Source of the DNA: Heteronotia binoei
Lineage: Eukaryota
Reading direction: 5' to 3'
Length of the DNA: 64,000 nt
Assembly: GCF_032191835.1 (NCBI RefSeq)
Contig: NC_083226.1
Span: 125,178,001 to 125,242,000, forward strand
The notes under the pieces were generated by a model. The model was not told where the DNA came from and did not search any database. It saw only the letters and a program-made list of their open reading frames with translations. The position numbers and the translations under genes are program-made. Shown piece after piece: positions 56,601 to 64,000 of this stretch; position 1 is the first letter of the stretch, and each line of letters opens with the position of its first letter.

Positions 56601-58385
56601 GGGGGAGGGGAGCGGAGGCTTCAATACAAGCATTGAAGCCTCGCCCCCTCCAGACGCGCCCGAAAGCGCACCGAAGAGTCCGCTCTCGGGGGGGGGGGCA
56701 AAATCTCCCCAGCAGCCAGTGGGTTAATCACAGATGTGGATATTCAGTGAATAAGGAAAGCAGGTGGTTTTGGGCAGAAGTAGATTTTTCTTGAAAAGAG
56801 GTGGAAATGAAGCTTCGGAGCTCAAATCTGATACTGCTGAGGGAATTATGTTTCATATTGCAGTAAGAGAGAAACGGCAAGCGAGTTTAAACAAATGCTG
56901 AGAGTAAAAGACTATTTGACTTTTGCAGTGGTATGATGAAGAGCAACTTCTAGAAAATCCATATGACAAATCTTTATTTTGGTTAACAACAAAGCACCAT
57001 TCTTTAAAACTCAGATTTCATGCTTTTTTTCTTTTTTCTTTGCACTGGCAAAACACAACATTGTTGGTTCTTTTAGGATGCAGAAACCTGAGCCACTATC
57101 ATCACTTGACTGTAGAGTAGGGTTGCCAATCCCCAGGTGGGTGCAGGGGATCCCCCGGTTTGGAGGCGTTCCCCCCGCTTCAGGGTCGTCAGAAAGCAGG
57201 GCGAGGGGAGGGAAATGTCTTCTGGGAACTCTATTATTTCCTATGGAGATTTATTCCCATAGAAAATCATGGAGAATTGATCTGTGGGTATCTGGGGCTC
57301 TGGGGTGGCTGTTTTTTGGGATAGAGGCACCAAATTTTTAGTATAGCATCTAGTGCCTCTCCCCAAAATACCCCTCTCCCCAAGTTTCAAAAAGATTGGA
57401 CCAGGGGGTCCAATTCTATGAGCCCCAAAAGAAGGTGCCCCTATCCTTCATTATTTCCTATGGAAGGAAGGAATTGAAAAGGTGTGCCGTCCCTTTATAT
57501 GTGATGGCCAGAACTCCCTTTGGAGTTCAATTATGCTTGTTACAGCCTTGATCTTGGCTTCACCCCTAATGTCTCCTGGCTCCACCCCCAAAGTCCCCAG
57601 ATATTTCTTGAATTGGACTTGGCAACCCTAAATATAGCCACTATCTTTAATTCTGTCATTTCATAATCTTTCTCTATCTTTTGATCTGAACTATCCCAGA
57701 GTTAAGCTTCCTTTTGGGCACACTGTTTCAACCCATAGAATTTCCAGAAGCAAATCTATTTATTTATTTATTTTATTTATATCCCGCGCTCCTCGCTGAA
57801 GCAGACTCAGGGCTGCTCACAGTATCTAATTCTCTTACCTTTTCAGTCTTACTGGGTTGTATACCCTCTCTGACATATAGAACCTCCCCAACTCCATCCC
57901 TTCCCCTCCATCCTTCTGATATAATTTATATCCAGGAATCACCATGTCCCACTGATTTTCCTCATCCCACCAAGTTTCTGAAATGCCCACAATGTCTGTG
58001 TTTTCCCCCAACACTAAGCATTCCAACTCCTTAATTTTACCTTGGACACTTCTAGCATTTGTATATAAACATCTATAATTTCCCAGGCATGTTAGGCCTG
58101 CAACCTTCCTCCAGCTGCCTTGACATCCTACCAGGCAGTCCATATTGTTTGTCACTGTCTCAGAGGACAACTGTAATCCATTGCCCTGTAGAAAAGTAAC
58201 AGATAAGCCGTTTCATCTCCTTTTGGCTTTTGCCCAATATTCAGTTTAAATAGTACTCTGCAACCTCTTTGATTTTAAGTGGCAGCAGCCTGGTACCTTC
58301 TTGGGACAAGTGGAGACTGTCTCTTTTGTACAGCTCCTGCTTGTTCCAAAAAGTATCCCAGTGCCTAGCAAACTTGACCTCTTGA
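53611..58385 (-). mobile_element. Older CR1 copy (ORF1 3' end + ORF2 + 3' UTR), frameshifted, split by a hAT composite (56177-57630) and an L2 tail (~57759-57825)
   Basis: Fragments GVPQGSVLGPMLFNLFINDL, QHGFCKGRSCL, DFNYP, CLYTNARS..ISETWW are colinear with the 48734 ORF. CR1 sequence resumes seamlessly on both sides of the insertions. Confidence 0.92.
56177..57630 (+). mobile_element. Composite hAT unit (1454 bp): outer 5' end + ~940 bp spacer + complete inner MITE (57118-57630)
   Basis: TSD AATCTAGC (56169-56176) / AATATAGC (57631-57638), 7/8, flanks the whole unit. The inner TAGGGTTGCCA at 57118 has no TSD of its own. Confidence 0.8.
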
Positions 58386-58547
58386 ACATTCTTTTTTTAT
58401 GGATTGTGAGCCACTGTGATTCACCAAGGATAAGGCAGAACATAAATATTTTAATACATGTATAATAGCTACTGTTGGTGCAAGTGCTGGAAGCTCAGCC
58501 TCCCCTCACCCACTCCATTTTCTGGTATGATGAACTTGTGTTTCTGC

Positions 58548-58951
58548 TACGGTTGCCAGGTACGATTCAGGAAATATCTGGAGACTTTGGGGATAGAGCC
58601 AGGAGCAAGGTTGTGACAAGTGTGACTGAACTCCAAAAGGAGTTATGGCCATCACATTTAAAGGGATGGGGGCACATTTTTGGACCCTCTGGTCCAATGT
58701 TTTTAAAACTTGGGAGATTTTTTGAAGAGAGGCACCGGATGCTATACTGGAAAATTTAGTGCCTTTACCTCAAACAACAGTCTCCCTCCGAGGCCCACAG
58801 ATCGATTATCCATTATACCCTATGGTCCACATAGTATAATGGTGTAACAAAGTGGATATTCACCCCCTCCCCGCTTTCAGATAATCCTGAACTGGGGGGA
58901 GAGCCTCCAAAGCAAGGGATCTCCTGCCTCCAGCTGGGATTGGCAACCCTA
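58548..58951 (-). mobile_element. hAT MITE, TAGGGTTGCCA family, short form (404 bp)
   Basis: Ends TACGGTTGCCA / TGGCAACCCTA. TSD GTTTCTGC (58540-58547) / TTTTCTGC (58952-58959). Confidence 0.85.
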
Positions 58952-58984
58952 TTTTCTGCATAGGCCGCTGGCCATACTATATGG

Positions 58985-59339
58985 CAGGGGTCCTCAAACT
59001 ACGGCCCGCGGGCCAGATGCGGCCCGCTGAGGACGTTTATGCGGCCCGCCGGGTTATGGCAAAATCAGACCGGAAGTGACGTTCGACCTAAACTCGCGTT
59101 AGCAATGCACACTTCCGGCACTGGGCTGAGGCGGCAGAGACAGAGTGTGAGGCGATACCGAGGTGAGGTGAGTTCCCAGGCTGGGGTGTGTGGTGTGGGG
59201 AAGGGAGAGAGATGCAAAAGACGGAGAACTGATGGCCCGCGGCCTTGTACAGTAACGGCAGCCACCACAACAGTCCGGCCCTCCAACAGTCTGAGGGACA
59301 GTGAACTGGCCCCCTATTTAAAAAGTTTGAGGACCCCTG
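58985..59339. mobile_element. hAT-Charlie MITE with OposCharlie1 (OC1)-like termini (355 bp)
   Basis: Perfect 16-bp TIR CAGGGGTCCTCAAACT / AGTTTGAGGACCCCTG. Perfect TSD CTATATGG at 58977-58984 and 59340-59347. CpGs are largely undecayed. Confidence 0.9.
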
Positions 59340-59663
59340 CTATATGGTCTAATATGTATGGTGGGGGGAAGAAGGAGAGAGAGTGGACATGGGTGTACCA
59401 AGGAGCCTCGGTGCCTTGCTTTCTGAATGCAGAGTGAAGGATCTAGTTCTCTTGCTGTCACATTTTTTTTATTGTGCCTTTCCTTTAGATAGCTCATGGA
59501 TGGTCTTATAATATATATAACACTTCAAATGTATATCCTCAATTAATACAATGACTTCTATGTGATTATTAGGAATTGAAAACAAATCAGCCAGTATCAT
59601 AATGCCCCTGTATAAAAAGGAAAATTGGATCTTGCTGCTTTAGAGATGTATCAGAGACATTAC

Positions 59664-60185
59664 GGCTGATAATGGATGGGCATTCTGGGGCAGTTTGGAG
59701 GCGTCCCAAATCAGGACGGCCCAAAACGAGCCGCCCCGGAACCTCCCCACGCTCATCCGCATGCCGCTCGTTTCCGGTCCGTGTGGCTGCCGGGTGCCTC
59801 TGCATGGAAAGGTGACCCAGAAGCCGGATTCCTCTTTGTTCCCCCTTGGGGGGAAGCGCAGATGCACACGAGCGCTCCAGCGCTCTCATTGGATCCTTAA
59901 AGAAAAAACCCTGGAAACAGCTTGAGGCGGCTTGGCAACTCCTCATTGCCAAGACACCTCACTTGCGCCCTTCCCCTTCCAGATGGTGGTGAGGCGACTA
60001 CCGGCCGGCTCAAATATTTGCTACCACTTTCAAAGTGGTTGCTTTTCGAGCCGGGTGGAGCGGCTGGAAGGATGGGGTGAGTGTGGGCTGGGGATGCCCG
60101 GCAGATGTTTCTGTGTGGAGGGATTATTTGGGCCAACTTCAGAGGCGTCTCTGAGCCAGCCCAAAGTGCCGGTCTGTAATCACCC
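59664..60185. mobile_element. Possible PIF/Harbinger-type MITE (GC-rich)
   Basis: Imperfect ~27-bp TIR (GGCTGATAATGGATGGGCATTCTGGG vs reverse complement of the right end GGGTGATTACAGACCGGCACTTTGGG). TTA lies adjacent on both sides. Confidence 0.4.
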
Positions 60186-60972
60186 TTATTGAACTTGTTT
60201 TTTCTATAGAGAACAATCAATTTATTGCCTCATGCCCTGGAGTAACTTGAAACCAGCTTCATTTGAATCTGCTCTGCGTCTAACACACAATGCAGGCTTT
60301 TCCAGAACTTAACATCATGTCCTGAGATATTCTTCCTTCCAAAAATCCTCTTAAAACAATTTTTTGTAGCATCCAGACTGATTAAAAGTTCAGGTGGACT
60401 TATAGACTTGCACACTGTTATGGCTCATTGGTTTGGTCCTAATAAAACGTATTACATGTATTGTGTTCCTGCAATATGTAACCATTTATCTCAATGCCTT
60501 TTTTTGTTGTTGTTATAGCAAGTCAATTTTTAGGTTGTCAGTAATTTTTCATCTAAAAAGAAGTTTTTTAAAACCTCTGAATATATGTTGGTTTTGGTTT
60601 GATTTAAATATTTTTATTTTGTTCTTAAGTGTCTTTACATATATTAAACATTTTTGACTGTATAGGCTGAAACTGTGTCTGAAGAGAAGACTTTTTGTTT
60701 TTACATTGGGTGTCTGGGCACCTGAAATTTACTGTGTTAGATTTACAAACTCAGTAATAATTTATTTGAGAAAGAAATAAAAGAAGTTTTAACACACTTG
60801 GTCTGGGGCTTACAGTATGTTGACCAAGCTGATCCTGAGCTTGGCAACTTTACTTGAGCATTTGCATAGGGATAAACTGTTCTTGAACAATTGCAAATGT
60901 ATCGAACACAAAAGGCTCTCCTTGAAAAAACAAACATGGAATTTTGTCCTCCACTTTTATCACAAATTAAAA

Positions 60973-61275
60973 TAAATGGTTCAAGCCCCATGGTGCAGAG
61001 TGGTAAGCTGCAGTGCTGCACTCCAAGCTCTGCTTATGATCTGAGTTTGATTTCAGCAGAAGCTGGGTTCAGGTAGCTGGCTCAAGGTTGACTCAGCCTT
61101 CTATCCTTCCGAGGTTGGTAAAATGAGTACCCAGCTTGCTGGGGGTGAAGTGTAGATGACTGGGGAAGGCAATGGCAAACCACCCTATAAAAAGTCTGCC
61201 AAGAAAACATTGTGATGTGATGTCACCCCATAGGTCGGTAATGACTTGATACTTGCACAGGGGACTGCCTTTACC
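60973..61275 (+). mobile_element. Sauria-type SINE
   Basis: tRNA-like head, conserved GTTGACTCAGCCTTCTATCCTTCCGAGGTTGGTAAAATGAGTACCCAGCTTGCTGGGG body, and an RTE-type (CCTTTA) tail. Confidence 0.8.
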
Positions 61276-63342
61276 GTTTTAAAAGAAATGGTTACTAGGA
61301 AGCCCTGCTCTCTACATTTCTTCTGGCATCCTATGTCATTCATGATTTCTTGTATTTCCGTGTAGTGTAGGTGTGGGAAATATTTCAGCGGTTCCTTGTT
61401 AACTATTTTGAATTTATTTGCCATCTATAGTGTAAACTGCAAGGCCAGCACATTTCCTGTTAAGGACTCTAAGATGTACCAGCATGCCCTTGTTGTTCAA
61501 TTTTGCCAGTTTTCGTTGATGATGTTCTTGGCCTAACTTCTTTCGTGCATTTTAAAGTCATTTATATGAGGAAAGAGAAATGTCATGTGAAGGCTTGCGA
61601 TTTTCAGTTTGCACAAAATGAAATGTTCAAGTTGAAACAGTGGCACTGAAAAATTTTGTAGCATCCCTACTTACAATGGTTTAAAAGAAAAAAAAAGGTC
61701 TCTCTGAACAATTAGTCTTTTTCTTAATTTCTGTTTTATCTGGAAACAGTTGGCTATAAAGGCAGCACTTTCACTGAGACCTCCCTTGTGGCTAGGTAGG
61801 GTTGTGTGGCATCCACATTTCAAAGATAAGCTGAGTTACCAAAGATAGTGAACATGGTTGTATTGCTGAAGAAACAGGGTATGATAGGAAGCACTGGTTG
61901 TGACAAACAGCCTCAAGGTAAGGCTTGGAATAACAATTCAAAACTGTTAACCCAGCACTTTGGTTAGGTGAAGATCTCCAAGCAGAAAGTGGTAAGATTT
62001 TATAGGCTATTATATAGAAACAGACTGCTATTATACAGTAGGACTTACTTTTATCTCACATTTACTGAAGATACAGCAAAAGTATACATTTTACATACAT
62101 TGTGATTTTAAAAATAGATCATGTGAATGGCATCTAATTCATTCACGTGACTGTGTACAGTTTGGGGATGGGGAAACTCCACAATACACGTGCATGGATG
62201 CAAAAGTCAGAAGAGAGCTGTAATCCAATCAAAGGGATCTGCTGCTATCATAATCTCAGACTTAGTGGTTCATAATCAGCAGCTGAGGCTGGAAATGAAT
62301 TGCAGCCTTAGCAGCATATTTATTCAAGGGTTATGGTTAAGAAGATATTCAAAGCATATGTCAGGTTTATTGGTGAGGACAATGTCGAGATACATTCTCT
62401 GCTGTTGCTTGTAGCTCTGGCTAAGCAGAGTGAGCCGTTTGATTTAACTGGAACATTGCTTTTGCAAATGTGCTTGTCAGTTTGTAACATAGTGACAATG
62501 TTGAATATTTAGATTTTGAAGTAAAATTTGGTAAACACAGTACTGTACTAAAGTTCAAATATAATCATGACCTTGGGTCTGTTCTCAGAAAGGGAATGGT
62601 GAAAAAATCCAAATACAGCATAATGTAGCATTTGCCTGAAAGATTGAAATGTTGAGGCGTACAATTCAGAGGCCAATTGGAATTGCATTGCCTGTTATAT
62701 GCAAGAGAGGTTTTTTGTTAAGTTACTTGAGCTGCCATGGTTGATAGGAAAGGTGTCATATAAATATCTGAATAAATAAATTGGGAACCATTTGATGAAA
62801 ATGTATACCTGCATAATGGATCATGAATTAAAGGTGAAAAACTACTGCCCTAGTATAGTTTTGAAAAGTTACTGCCTTTATTCGACGTTCAGTCTACTGC
62901 AGTTACTTTTATTAGAGCAGAGGAACAGCCATGCTGGATCAGATCAAAGGCTTGTCCAGATGGCCAACCTGCTCACCCACTGGCCAGTCACACGCTGATA
63001 AAAGAGTTATAATCATAACCAAGGCTTCTTAGTGACACCAATCAATTAGTCTTCAGAGGTTGCCATTTAGTCATCTTGGATAATAGCCACTGATGGACAT
63101 ATCTTCCATAACCATTTAAAGGCATCTAAGTTAGTGAAATAGAATAAAAGTCCAATGGCATCTTAACAGCTAGCTAGATCCATACAATCTTTTTGACATA
63201 TGAAGAGAGCTCTGCCTCACAAAAGCACATATGAAAATAAATATTGTTAATCTTTTATTTTGCTACAGCTGAGTAGCATGGTTACACTTCTGAAGTGAGC
63301 TAAGTTAGTGTCCATTACAGGTTCATCATGTGTTATGTGAAG

Positions 63343-63615
63343 AGAGCCAGTTTGGTGTAGTGGTTAATTGCGCGGACTCTTATCTGGGAGAACCGGGTTT
63401 GATTCCCCACTCCTCCACTTGCACCTGCTGAGATGGCTTTGGGTCAGCCATAGCTTTTATAGAAGCTGTCCTTGAAAGGGCAGCTGCTGTAAAAGCACTC
63501 TCAGCCCCACTTACCTCACAGGGTGTTTGTTGTGGGGGGGAAGGTAGAGGAGATTGTGACCACTCTGAGACTCTGAGATTCAGAGTATAGGGTGGGATAT
63601 AAATCCAAAAATCTT
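63343..63615 (+). mobile_element. Squam3-like tRNA SINE, complete
   Basis: GAGAGCCAGTTTGGTGTAGTGGTTAA A box, GGTTTGATTCCC B box, CCTCACAGGGTGTTTGTTGTG core, GGGTGGGATATAAATCC tail. Confidence 0.85.
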
Positions 63616-64000
63616 CTTCCTTTTGTCTGATCTTAATCTACTTTCCATCAACTTCATGGTATGCACAAAGTTCTAGTATTATGGATGGAAAGGGAGAACA
63701 CATTCCCTGTGTTCTTGTGACCATTTACTTGGTGCTAGTGTCTAATTAAATCATATTTATTACTTCCATCTTTACTTAATAGCTGAAGTGTTTAAGTTAT
63801 GTTCTCTGTTACCAGATTCCATCAATAGCCCCCTGTCCCATGCCTTTATGATTGCTGAGGATGAGAGAGATTTTCCTGGTGCTTCTTGAAAACTGTACAG
63901 CCAAAGCTGTAGAAATTATAATGTATATATCAATCATACCTCAAAATTATAATGATAGGTAAAAGGGTTTGTCCAAGTGGAATCTGACATTGCCATGAGA

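Overview
Vertebrate genomic DNA, very likely a squamate reptile. The BovB, Sauria-type, 5S-derived and Squam3-like SINEs point to a gecko-like lizard; this is inferred from repeat content. The window opens on a CpG-rich 5' gene region with an exon ending at a strong donor (681|GTAAGT). The rest looks like one long intron or intergenic tract with no host coding exon I can recognise, densely filled with mobile DNA. Main contents: (1) a complete, young 5.8-kb DIRS1-type tyrosine-recombinase retrotransposon (32939-38745) with ITRs, a perfect ICR, intact gag, and disabled pol (RT-RNaseH-methyltransferase-like) and YR; (2) an apparently intact CR1 LINE (ORF1 esterase plus 988-aa EN-RT ORF2) facing an older, interrupted CR1 of the same family tail-to-tail; (3) three BovB copies and several L2 fragments; (4) a processed PRPF38A pseudogene; (5) many hAT MITEs with 8-bp TSDs, including an OposCharlie1-like one and a modular family that appears to move composite units; (6) Penelope remnants with decayed minimal hammerhead ribozymes. 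The most intriguing signal is a CTT-TGA-C shifty-stop at the DIRS gag/pol junction, combined with a ~670-codon stop-free frame overlapping pol. There are no CRISPR arrays and no genuine rRNA or tRNA genes. Family names are assigned from remembered motifs; no database search was run.
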